DNA of 64,000 nucleotides from Anthoceros angustus (Eukaryota > Plantae > Anthocerotophyta), in NCBI GenBank assembly GCA_010909165.1, contig VJWM01000003.1, positions 248,001-312,000 of the forward strand, read 5' to 3'. Numbering within the stretch: the stretch's first letter is position 1; the number at the start of each line of letters is the position of its first letter. Made by a program: the position numbers and the translations under genes. The notes below the pieces were generated by a model. That model saw only the letters and a list, made by a program, of their open reading frames with translations. It was not told the origin of the DNA and searched no databases. Below, in pieces: positions 46,501 through 58,075 of this stretch.

Positions 46501-48847
46501 GGCGGAGGAGGCGAGCGAGGAGGCGGCGGATGCGGCGGGGTAAGCACCTCACCATGGAAGGAGGGCCAGCAGAGGAGTCACTTGGCGATCGGGGCAGCGG
46601 AGGACTTGAGGAGAGCCACGGAGGTCCGTGAGGAGAAACGGGTGGGCGTGAGTCGGACTTTGTCCGGACCCGGAGGCGGACCACAGTCGGACCTCGGTAA
46701 TAAGTCCGGACCAAGTCGGACCCGTGTCGTCCGGACCACGAGTCCGGACCCGATGTCGTCCGGACCACAGTCGGACCCGTGTCGTCCGGACCACAGTCGG
46801 ACCCGAAATAAGCGGACTCCGAAGTTCGAGTCGAGGCGGACCTCGAGGCCGGGCTGCGTGATGAGGAGGCCGACTTCGCTAGAAGCCGATGGTGGCCGTG
46901 GACCGAGGACCCGAGGAGGATGGCGTCGTGGTAGCGGTTGTCGAACCGCCGCCCGGTAGCCAACACAGCGGATTAGAGGAGGGCCCGCCTCACGGATCAT
47001 CCGATTGGGTGCCCTGGCTTGGGGCGAGTTGGACCACCCATCCGGGGCCAGGACCTTCCAGCGATCGTGCGAAGGAGATAGGGGAAAATAGGATGGTAGG
47101 CGGCCGATTAGGGTATAGGCGCTGCTCGAATAGGGGTGTAATAAAGCGCCGCCTTTGATATAAGAGTGCTCTAGTAAAATCATCTTTCTCTTGGTGTTGA
47201 TGCGTTCTTGCGACCTTTGTGAGTCTTCTTGCTAACGTGAGTCTGAGTCAGCGAGCCGCGGCACTCGGGAGATTGATCAAGGTCGGTGGCGGACTTAGCG
47301 TTGTGGTGTGTGCGGGGAAGGGTGGTGACCGTGCTCGTCCGGGAGCCGCGGCGGCACAGGCTGGGGCGTGTGAGCGGAGGAACTCGGGAGGCGTGTAGAG
47401 CCGGACGGAGAGGCCAGCGGAGCGGAGGAGGTCGGGCATGTAACCAGCGTCTTTTCTAAGGCGAGAGTGTAGCGTGAGGGAGAGAAAGGGCGGATGTGTG
47501 GATGGATGTGAGCGTCTGGGACGAGCAGGTCCTTAAGCGTTTGGCCATCAAGGGCTGTCACAGTGAGCGTTGTGAGTAGTTAGGAGTATGTGTGTGTTGA
47601 GGCGAGCAGGCGCTAAGGCGGTAGGAATCACGAAGCAGCAGTGGCAGACCTATCATTCCCTTGGGAACGGACTTCTTCCTACAACGACACGGGATTGTGC
47701 GCGCCCGGCTGGCCATCAGCAAAAGTCGCGCCACAAAGTGGTAGGAGGGGTAGGCCCTACAATTGTTTGTTGTTGGTTGTAGGTCTTGAGGCAGTGATTC
47801 GACGGAGCAGCGCGGAGGCGGCGCGGCTGCTATCAGAGTTGGTGGTTGAGGATGTGCCAATTGTGGGAAGGCAATGGGAAAGGAATAGTGGACGATCACG
47901 GGGTGGTGAAGTCGCGTTGCAACGTAGGGGGTCCCTACGTGCGTAGCCCGCTGACCTACTGCCGTGGGGTGTGGACCTATAGTCGTAGGGTGTCATTGTA
48001 GGTCTGGAAGCGGTGATTGACGGAGCAACACGGTGAGACGTGGCTGCTGTATGTGGAGTGAGTTGAGGGTGCTCCAGCTGTGTGAGGGAGCTTGGGGGTG
48101 TGAAGAGGTGTGTGGTTTGTGCCTTAGATACTGGTGACCTGACAAACAAGAGTCTCATGGGACGAAACCTATTGTACTTAGCGACAGTGGGATAAGTGTG
48201 GCCACTAGAGGGTGAATCTCGGAAGCCCCGGGATCTGCCTCCCACATCTACTATCATGCTTAATGTTAAAATTCGATGAGTTGCCATGTTACGAGGATGC
48301 AAGGGTAAAAACTTCAACTATACATTTAACCTCTATTGATAGAAATAAATATTTCAGTAAAATATCGGAATATTTTTTACGATGAAAGTGACTAGGTAGA
48401 TATGGCCCTTGCTTATAAGCCCCACTTCTCCATTTTCTTCAGTTGTGAAGAGATCTGGCATCCCCTCGTTTGCCTCGATTGAGACCGAAACCAATGTGAT
48501 ATCTCTCAGCGGCATCTCTCTATAGATCTCATCGCTGATCGGCGATAAGATACATAGAGATATCTCGTCTGTCTTATGGCTGGACACGGGTAGCATGTTA
48601 TCGCTGAACAGGGGTAGCCTGTGGGCAGAAGGGGAGGAGAACGTCGTTGCCGATTGCCCCAAGTAATCAAGGGTATGTGCATCTATGTATCCGAGGAGCA
48701 GGAATTCATCAACCGTGCAGCGGAGAACGAGTCTAGATCGTATAGGGTCCTTCTATGTTTCAAACAGGTTTTGCTGCAGGGATGAACGATGTACATACAT
48801 GGAGAATCAGTAAGTTAAGAGACAACAGCACTAGAATCACATCTGAC
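43516..48847. repeat. Direct tandem duplication D4 (43516-46392 = 46393-48847) with nested ~420-bp duplication D5 (~43640-44060 = ~44060-44465)
   Basis: AGAAGCCTCTCGG restarts at 46393. 45830-46384 is identical to 48293-48847 (same 102-aa ORF called twice). The right copy has one D5 unit. Confidence 0.92.
43778..43985. repeat. GTCGGACC / GTCCGGACCAC minisatellite (also ~44195-44345 and ~46650-46805)
   Basis: Alternating GTCGGACC(C/T)G and palindromic GTCCGGAC in units of ~25-30 bp. Confidence 0.88.
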
Positions 48848-48949
48848 AAGATAAATATAGGTCTTTCTACGGCCAATTGGCGATGTGCGGGACTACGTTG
48901 GTGGGAACTGTTGGGGAACTGGCTCTGTAGTCCATAGATTAGAATCTTC

Positions 48950-51900
48950 CTACACTTCTGGGCCCCTGGCGAAAATATCAATGAGTCCACGGAAAACTTG
49001 GGCTGTGAGCTGATTGGCTCGAAAGATCTCCCCATCTACACTCCATACGCTTTCAGGGCCATGGGAAGCAAATGTGAACACGGGGGTCTGCACAGTGCAA
49101 GCAGTTAGTGAAATTGGAGACTTCTGTCAGGTCCTACTCAGGTCAGTTCTACTAGGCGGCATAGTCATGTGTTGAAAACAGACTTCACCTTGTAATGTTG
49201 CACGAAACCGAAGTTGAGTGGATCAGCTGCTTTTCTGGTGAGCCTCAGAAGTTGCCTGTTTGGAAATGAGAGTCATATCATTTCATAATTAGCACAGTGC
49301 ATCTTCAAGCTCCAGCTGGGCTGAAGTCTAGTCCTGAGAATGCTGAGGTTTGCAATTCCTGAACCAACCGGAGGAGACTTACCGGAAGTAGTCGAATCGG
49401 GAGCAGTCCTGGATCAGGATGAGGTGTAGAAGTCCGTCTGCAAGGTGTGCGTGTGCTGAAACACCAGCAGGGGCCTTGTCATTCCGACAAGACATCACAG
49501 CAGCTCCGATACTGTGGAAGTGCGTTCGTGCCAGTGTCCTCCACCTTGGACGAGAGGAGTGGTTATTGCTGTCTTCGATGTCACTGTCACTGTGGGCAGC
49601 AAGATGGGAAAGATCCATCCCTTTGGCACATATTCCGCAGTTCATCCTGCATATGACCTTCTTCAGAGACCTCCTTATTCTCTCAGATTCTTGATGTGGC
49701 CAAGGACCGTGAGGCAAAGTGCTGGAGCTGGCGTAACTGTCAGGCATTTCTAGAAATGAAATGTCTGCCTCAAACTTCCTGACACAGAATCAAGAAGAAT
49801 TCAGAGCTAGAAGTGTCAAACTGGTCAAGACAACTACAGCAGCTAGACCATGGGTCGTTCAGACCTGTGCCGCATGAAAGCATCAAATCCAGCCAAGTCG
49901 TATCTTACTGGACCGATCCAGCGAAGTACTTGACTCTGACGTGCAACCTCCCCATAGAATCCATAACTGGATAGTCAGATGAAAACATTTTACACCCATG
50001 CCTAAAGATAAGGTTCTGCTGAAATCAAGGTGTCAACGAACTCAATGAGTGTTTGCCTACGCTGCAAAAGAAGCTGCATATAGAACTTGTGGGATCTCGG
50101 TATCATCATCAGCTCTCTTCCAGCCTGATAGACGGACTATGTCCAATGGCATCCTGTCCCCCAGTATGATGTGCAGTGCAGCAGTGACAGGATCCCGTGT
50201 GCCAGTTGTGCTGTCATGAATCAAAAGCACCACCTGAATTCTAACAGAAAATCGCTGCAAATGCAGTGGCCGCAACAAAACTACAACAAAACACACACCT
50301 TATGACAATCGTATCTGTTGATCCTGCAGGAATCAGCCCTATTCGGAGCTTTGGCCTTGAAGAGTAGGTGTCATTGGTAGACAGCAGAGCTCTCTTGGGT
50401 TCACTTGATCCTGTAAAATGAGCCTACGCAGTTATGTACAAATACTGTCAGAGTGTTTCGATTAACAAACCTTTTGCAGTACGCACCTCTTGCTGTTTTG
50501 GTGGCATGAAATTCAGCTACTTTAGGCGACTGTCCAGTGCCAGTGGATGCACTTGCATATCCCTTTGCAGCCAGGGATGTTTTATTCCTGGGATCAAATG
50601 CTGAATTAGAACCAGGACTGCTCTTCACTTCACTCTGCGTTATGTGAAGAAGAGGTTGCAGATCGTGGCGTTGAAGACATAACCCTTCTCTGTCCATCAC
50701 CACTCGAGAGTCAGTCTCCTCATGGAGAACTATGTTTGCATCTTGGGATGGTTGGGCTTTATTGAGAGTTGCAGCTGTCGACAACATTTCGGTGACACTC
50801 TTGGGCTTTGGGGCGGGAGAAGTCTTGTGACGGTTGGCCAGCAGTCCATTCAATACCTCTCCAAAGAGACCATCCCCACCCTTGAACAAGAACACCTCTT
50901 AAGACTTGGCGACTAGCTTCAAAGACAGCAATAAGCATCCACTACCAATGAAGGCAGATATTCTCTCACCACAATGACTACTCCATCTCGTGATTCAAGC
51001 TCCTCGTCAGTTGCTTTCTGCAGTATCTCCAGGGCGTGCCCCTGTTTTTGGGTTATCACAACCTGCAAGACATTGCATAATAAGTTCCTTCGATTGATAA
51101 CAGGTGCTCAAACACTCAGAACTGCCAGAAGCAGCAATCACAAACCTCAGTCCTCACTGCAGCGCGTTCAAAAAGTGGGACGAGTTGCTCCCAGATATCA
51201 ACAGCCTGCTTCTTTCCTCCATAAGGATTGACTAAAACCTGGTCTCAGGCAGCGATCTCACAAAATTAAGCTTCGGCTAAGCATGAAGGTACAGAAATCA
51301 GAACTTGAAAGGCACCAACCAGTAAGTTCTTCGGCCTTCTCAAGTCCCTCTCCAGCATCTGATGGATACGTTCCACCCAGGCTTGGGCGACCTCGGCGCT
51401 GGCGTGCCCAAATATGCAAGTTCTGGGTATCCATTGACACTGATCTGATGGTGACCTGCTGAAAGTGTAAACCGCAAACCGATGCATCTGAAGAAGAGTC
51501 AAAGACTCTCAAGTCGTCAGCTCTTGCAGATCACAGAACAATACAAATTTGGACGATGCTGGTTTCCCATGATCAGAAAAATCACCAACCTCAAGGAAAG
51601 AGTTGTCAAAGATGCAGCAAACGGATGGGAGAGGCGAGAAGTTAAAGATAGGACCCAAGCCTAATGATTGGACCCCATAGATATCTGATATGAGAAGTTC
51701 AGTAGCACCTTCGTCTACATTGGGAGGAGTACAACAATTCCAGATGCCAGAATCCTGCCAACATGTGTAATTCTCAACCACCATTCCTCCATTCGATACA
51801 ATAAACAAACACCTATCCCACTGGCAAATCCGTTCACGGATGCAAGCTACAGAGCCAAATGCGCTTCATCACACCAGACATCATTCAGCTATTTGGTCAT

Positions 51901-52190
51901 ATAGATCAGGAAGTCATAGCTGCAGAGCGACGTGATACCATTTTCTTCCCTCCTGCTTTACTCCAGATGATCCGGTCACCATGAATTGCCGCAGTCACGG
52001 GGCCAACCTTATCCAGGTGAAGGCTGTCCTCTACCAGACTGGCACCACCATCGATGTCTAATCCGGTTGGGAACGACAGGCTGCATTTCACTCTGCTCCT
52101 TCGCTCGTCGACATCTATAGCCGTGTAATGCCTTTTCCCAAAACTCCCTGTACTCCTCTTCGGAGATGCATGGCTGAGCTTTGCTGCCAT
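48950..52190 (-). CDS. CERK: Ceramide kinase (DAG-kinase catalytic family, ACD5/CERK), multi-exon
   Basis: RRPKNLL|VLVNPYGGK, GGDGLFGEVLNGLL, RIGLIPAGSTDTIV, TTGTRDPVTAALHIILG, YGFYG..LRWIGPVRYD, CRMNCGIC (CERK CxxxCxxC), AHLADGLLHLILI and terminal VFRGLIDIFARGPEV*. Start ATG 52190 is inferred. Confidence 0.93.
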
Positions 52191-53175
52191 GTCCAAAGAT
52201 CGATGCTCATAAGAGGCAGACTTAATCCTCACCAACTGTCTGTCCTTCCGAAGAAACGGGGATCCTGGAACTGCACCCAATTTGCAACTGGAAAGCTGAA
52301 GATTCTGCAACCTAGCTAGATTAGTGGCAGAAGCAGTCGGCAACCCTCCTGTCACTCCCCTGCCAACCTCTCCTGCCCAAAGAACCCTCCCGAACTCCAG
52401 CTCGTCACCAATTCCCCTCCTCGACTGTCACTCCCTAAGCTGCCCAGATCTCTCCAACGGAATTCCCTTAAGCCCAATGCACCAAATCACACCGCTGTCG
52501 TCTCGGACCCTTCATCCCCTGCCACCCACCACACGAAGCTATCCTTTCTTCCCAGATCAGGCTACGAGAGGAGAGCCAGATCACTGTCCTCATTTATCCC
52601 CGACCCGGAACCAGACAACCAAATGTCAAATCTCTGAAGAAGAGCAACCTGACGCAGTCATGAATTCGTCCAAGCGACACCCAATTCTCTCATGGGCATC
52701 ACCTCCATCTCCCATCGCTTCCTCGAACCACCCACCTCGGAAAACATCTGCACGCAAGGTCACTCAGAAGAACTCCTCACTAGCCATGAACAGGCCACTT
52801 CTCCGAAACATATAGCAATCGGTCTCCGCACATCGATACCAACGAGGTCAGTGATGGGGAGATCCCACCTGGCCAGAACCAGAAAAACCCCACGTTTTTC
52901 CGTTGCAATAAACAATGGTTTCAAACAGGGACTCAAATTTCCACCCGACCCAGATGCACTTGCGTTGAACGGGACCGAGGAAGCAGCAACTTGCAAGGCC
53001 TCCCGTGCTCTCTCTTCATCGTCTGTTAGACCTCGGTTTCTAGCTGAGAAGCTCCCCAATGTGGCATATACGCAGGAGTTGCTGAGTCCTGTAGGAGCAT
53101 GTCCACACGTATCCTGCGTCTCGTCAGGTGGGCACTGTGAAGGGAATGCCGCGGGCCTAGACACAGCTGGGAGCG

Positions 53176-54533
53176 ATGAAGGGTAGGAAGGAGGCCTTCC
53201 CCGCCAAGGGGAGAAGCTGGGCGGTGTTGTATGCAGTTGGAGTGGGCCTGGGCTTGGGCTTGATTCTGGCCTTGCTCTACCCTGCGGACCTGATTTCCTT
53301 CAGCTCGAGCGTGAAGATATACAGCGACAGCGGTGCGCAGGTAGACCTAGCTATGTGCGTGCAGCTCTCAACCGAGTAGTATCTTGTGACCGTTGGGTCG
53401 ATCGGAGCGTGAGAGATGTTTGTTTTTGGTGGCAGAATCCCGGCGCTCGACGGAAGTTGGAAAGACTGCAGACGGAGGTTCGCAAATTGGAGGAGGAGCG
53501 CTTCCAAGCGCAGCAGATGGTTCTAGACCTGAAAAGGCAAGTGGCAGTTGTGCAGAGGGAGAGAGAGATTGTGCTGGAGCAGCTGAATGCAGCCGTGCCT
53601 GGAGGGAAGGCAGGGCCCCCGGGGAAGGTGAAGGGTCTCCGGACCCAGCCTTTGGTGGAGCCTGATGAGTCTGTGAATCCGGAACTGGCCAAGATCTTGA
53701 AGGAGATTGCTGTGAACAACGAGTTGATTGTGGGCATATGCGACAGCCACGTGAAACCTATGGTGAAGGTGTGGTTCGAGAGTCTCCAGAGAGTAGGTGT
53801 GACTAACTTCCTTGTGGTGGCTCTGGACGATGCTATGGCGAGATTTGCGGATGACCACCAGGTTCCTTACTACAGGCGGGATGCTGCTATATCCGGGGCA
53901 CAGCAGAATGCTGGCCACAACCATGCAGTGTCTGGACTCAAGTTCCATCTGCTGCGGGACTTTCTGGTTCTCGGTTACAATGTCTTCCTGTCAGATATCG
54001 ACATCGTATTTTTGCAGAATCCATGGCCTCACCTAACCAGAGACAGTGATGTGGAAGGTATGACCGACGGTTTCGACAACATTACAGCTTACGGGTACGA
54101 TGATGTGTCTGATGACCCGGACATGGGGTGGTCCAGATATGCGCACACGATGCGCATTTGGGTGTTCAACTCTGGTTTGTTCTACATCCGGGCAACTCGA
54201 CCCTCCATTGAGCTGCTAGATAGAGTGACAGGCAGGCTCTCTAGGGAGAATGCCTGGGATCAGGCAGTCTTCAACGAAGAGCTCTTCTTCCCATCTCATC
54301 CCGGTTATGTGGGGCTGCATGCCTCCAGAAGGGTTCTTGATTTCTGGCTGTTCCTAAACAGCAAAGTTCTCTTCAAAGAATTCAGGGAGAAGCCTCTGCA
54401 GTACAACTGGAGGCCAGTTAGCATCCATGTCAATTACCATCCGGATAAGTATGACCGAATGGTGGCGATCGTGGAGCGCTATGTCAATGGCAAGGTGGAC
54501 GCACTGAATCGGTTCCCAATGGGTAGCGAATAA
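53176..54533 (+). CDS. RRA3: Extensin beta-arabinofuranosyltransferase, GT77 (RRA1-3-like), two exons
   Basis: N-terminal TM anchor, intron 53341-53435 and coiled-coil stem. KAGPPG.VKGLRT.P...PDESVNPELAKIL, HAVSGLKF..LRDFL.LGY.V.LSDIDIV.LQNP, MGWSRYAHTMRIWVFNSGLFYIR and HVNYHPDK. Confidence 0.93.
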
Positions 54534-54838
54534 TTAGAAAAGCCTTCTCCCATGTGATATTTCGAGAAGCATGTTGAATATCTCTGTGGCACTCTCAGCA
54601 GGCGCTGCTCATTGCCTTATGCAGATGGTGCCCTGTATCTACTTGGGATGATGGAGTAAACACTATTCAGGAAATGTTGGGAGTAAGTACAGTAGGTGTG
54701 AGATGCTACTGCAACTGAACGCTAGGAGCTGTGAACTCTTCGAACTTTTCATATTTATAACGTAGCTAGATAGCACCTACACAACAAAGCCTTCGCAGAA
54801 CGCTGTACCGAGCCTCCAGATCGATGAACGTGGCCACA

Positions 54839-57190
54839 CTACAACTCAAATGCCCTGGCAGTTTCATCGTCGGCTCCAGTGAGAAGAAATCTCCCATCCC
54901 TGTGATCAAAACAAACAAGGGCAGTCAGAATTTGTGACCAACACCCTAGATACTTCTGCAGGAGATGCAAGGAAACATACGCTGTGACTGCGAAGTCACG
55001 GATGCTGTCCTTGTGACCGCTAAAAGTTCGGTCACAGGTCCCTGTCCGAGCATCCCAGACTCTTATTTTGCCGTCCAAACAAGCAGTGTAGATGTGTTCC
55101 GAGGACTGGGACCAGACCACCTTCACGACACCATCCTGATTGGAACGCAGAGATACAGGTCAGCGGTGAAAAATCTCGCCTCCAAGCTGCTCTTATGAAA
55201 AGTTTCACCTCATGTTGACAGATGCTGCGTGAAGAAAGAGTATCGAGATCCCAGATGATCAGCTTCCCATCCATCCCACCTGTTGCTGCCAATCGCACCC
55301 TTTGAAGGAAACGCACAGCTAAACGGATCAGACTAACGTCTCACGGGAGGCAATCTGCCAGCATAAGTTCCTAGGCAGTTTACCTGTTGGACGGATCTTT
55401 GGTGGACGAATCCTTGGTTGGCAGACCCACAGCCTCCACAAATCCTTCATGACCTGCCAAGGTCCCCACCACCTGCAAGATCAGGAAAGAATTAGTGATC
55501 GATAGCAGATAGTTCCTTGCGTAAATTAATCTGACCCAGCAGAAAGCAAACATGTCTCTTATCCTACCTTTCCATTCTGAATGTTGACTACACAAGCAGA
55601 TTTGTCTGTTGACCCAGTAATGGCCAAACGTGAATCAGCACTGATGCTGAGACATGTTAGACCATCTGAATGGTAGCCATGATCTGCAGCAACAAGTTAT
55701 ATGGTCAATCCAACTATTTTATCACGACACCCCCACGTCTTCTCCCAAAAGAATAACCATGTTCGAAGCAAACAATAGCAAACCTTCTATGACATGTGCC
55801 GTCTCCCCCGTCCTAGGATTCCAAATTCTGAGCGAACCATCCTGTGACCCTGTTAAGATAGTTCTGCCTACGTCACACCACAGGTACGTGATCACCTTGT
55901 ACTCACAAATTTGACACCAAAGACATGTCCAAAAACGAGTAAGGTCTCCATACCATCTGGTGTGAAGCCCCCACATGAAACAGGACCTCTGTGTCCAGAG
56001 AGAACGTGTAGACAGGCTGAACTGTCTGCATTCCACAGCCAAGCTGTATAATCAGCTGAGCCTGCTAGCACTAGGTGTCCCCTTGGATGCCATTTCACCC
56101 ACTGCAAGTGTTTAAAAGGGAGATGAATGTTCCGGCTAGGAACAGAGGTCAACAACTTGAACTCCAAACGACACCAGAAAACAGACTTCATCTTCTGTTA
56201 CCTCAATATCTTCACCAGGGCCTTCAAGTCTATGCTTCAGATTCCCCGTTGAAGATTCCCAGATGTTAACAACACCGTCTAGCCCTCCAGAGGCAAGGAG
56301 AACGCCATCTGAGCTGAAGGCTAAAGCTGCCACAGAATCCGTGTGTCCTGCACACCATTAAGGAGTTTGAAAACATTGATGACTGAGGTGCAACAGGCAT
56401 CCCAAAGGGTCATCAAGTAACTGAAACATGAAAAACAAGATACCGCTCAGTGCTATGGGAGCATCAGCCTGTCCGATTTTCCACATAAAAGCTTTATCAT
56501 CCCCTCCACCAGTCGCAACTAATCGAGCCTCAGTGGGACTGCAGGCAACAGCATACACAGAATCCCCTGTCGAGTAGCCCAAATAGGAGGAGTCAGGTAT
56601 GATCCTCAAGCAAACCTAATACAATGGGAAAAACTCATTACTTCTGTATGTACCAACGCACCATGACCAGTAAATGTATGGGAGGAGTCATCTTCTTCCA
56701 CCTCATCTGCCCAGGATAGACAAGGGAAAACGACTGAGAGTTTCATTCCAGCAGCTAGATTTCCATTGAAATCAAGAAGAAAAGTAGTGAATCAGAAAGA
56801 GAGGAAGAAAAAACCCACCATATTCGCCTTCAACCATGTCAGACTCCTCCTGTTCTGCATAATCTTCAGGCTCGAAGTCAGGCAATTCTGTCCGCAGACA
56901 CAGAAGGGAACAGTTAGCAATAACATTCAGACTCACTCAAAAACATGAAGAACAGACAGGTAACTCGAAACCACCTCTAACCTACTAACGCAACCACAAG
57001 ATCTCAGACCTCACCTTCTTCATCAATGGGAATTTCTTGCAAGATGTCCTCCACGTTAAGATGTACCTCCTGACCCTCATCCTCGTCATCCTCAAACTCC
57101 TGATATCCACACCCGACAACCACTCGATCACCACACCATTTCAGAGGACCATAATCAAACCCAAGGTAGAAATTTTACCTCGGCCGCCAT
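54839..57190 (-). CDS. AAMP: WD40 protein AAMP/SQT1-like (RPL10 chaperone family), multi-exon
   Basis: Acidic N-terminus (EFEDDEDEG..EDILQEIPIDEE|ELPD), DDSSHTFTGH, ATGGGDDKAFMW, LASGGLDG.VNIW, WVKWHPRGHLVLAGSAD, GGFTPDG and LTGADDETARAFEL*. An in-frame upstream ATG exists at 57223. Confidence 0.88.
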
Positions 57191-58075
57191 GGGCCTGCCA
57201 CCCCTAGGCGGGATCTCAGGCATGGCTCCCTGCGAGTTCCTAGCTGCACACCCGCCTCCCTCCGAAGCCTGCTGCTTTCCTCAGCTGATCAGAATTTGCG
57301 GCAATTCACGGTAATTTCCACCATCTGCGTGGACTGACAGTGTCGGGTTGTCGGAAGGATGCAGTCAGTCTTTTACATCCTGCATTCTAGTGGTAAAAGG
57401 TGCAGCTGAGGGATATATATATTTACAGTAGAAGTAGAAGAAGTATCTATTTTATGTACATAGATGGTCACTAGATGGTCGATTTCTTACTCGGCATTCA
57501 AATCTGTTCAATGCTCAAACTCTATGTTCCCGCGTGATCTGATGATTTCCAACCGAGGGTAGCTGCAACATGGTTTCCAAAATCGCGTGTCATGGCGACA
57601 AGTTTCAGTTGCTCATGCCCTTGGGGGTTCCAGTTTGTGAGCAAACCCACAGAAGTGGCTTGTCCAGAATTTCTGGGATTCCGGGCCTTGTGGGTTCGGG
57701 TATGGACCAGTCTGCCGGAGAAGGAATCGAAGGAATCGTAGTGACAGTGCACTCCTTGGAAGGAGTTGGTGGTCAAGGAGGGAGCTTTTTGAGGGAGCGA
57801 TTGTCGTGATCACCATCCCAGGAGGATCGAAGGAGGTGAAGGGAAGGTTGGTGCAACCTGAATTTCTTGGGGGAGGAGAAGGGAGGAAGCGAATATGTGG
57901 TGGGCGGAATTGGGCACAGGCAAAATCGAATTGGAGTGGGGAGGAGCGGTGACTGGAGGTGCGAAATTGGGCGTGGATTGAAGCCAATGCACCAGCCAGG
58001 AGTGATCTTAGTGGTTGTAGAGGGGGAGGGAGTTTGTGTGTCCCTGTCCCCTCTCCTCAGACCTGCTGGGCAGGA

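Larger units (their letters stand above)
26936..48254. mobile_element. Large composite, non-autonomous transposon-like block (about 11 kb after collapsing duplications) between the kinase promoter and the CERK 3' flank
   Basis: Several internal minisatellites, decayed ORFs and abrupt AT/GC shifts. Flanked by the direct repeat CATGCTTAATGTTA (26922/34162 and 45794/48255). No RT, integrase or transposase recognised. Confidence 0.6.

Noticed and set aside
43047-47183. Long R/P/G/S-rich ORFs on both strands
   Set aside because: Explained by high GC and minisatellite content, and the frames are not conserved between duplicate copies.
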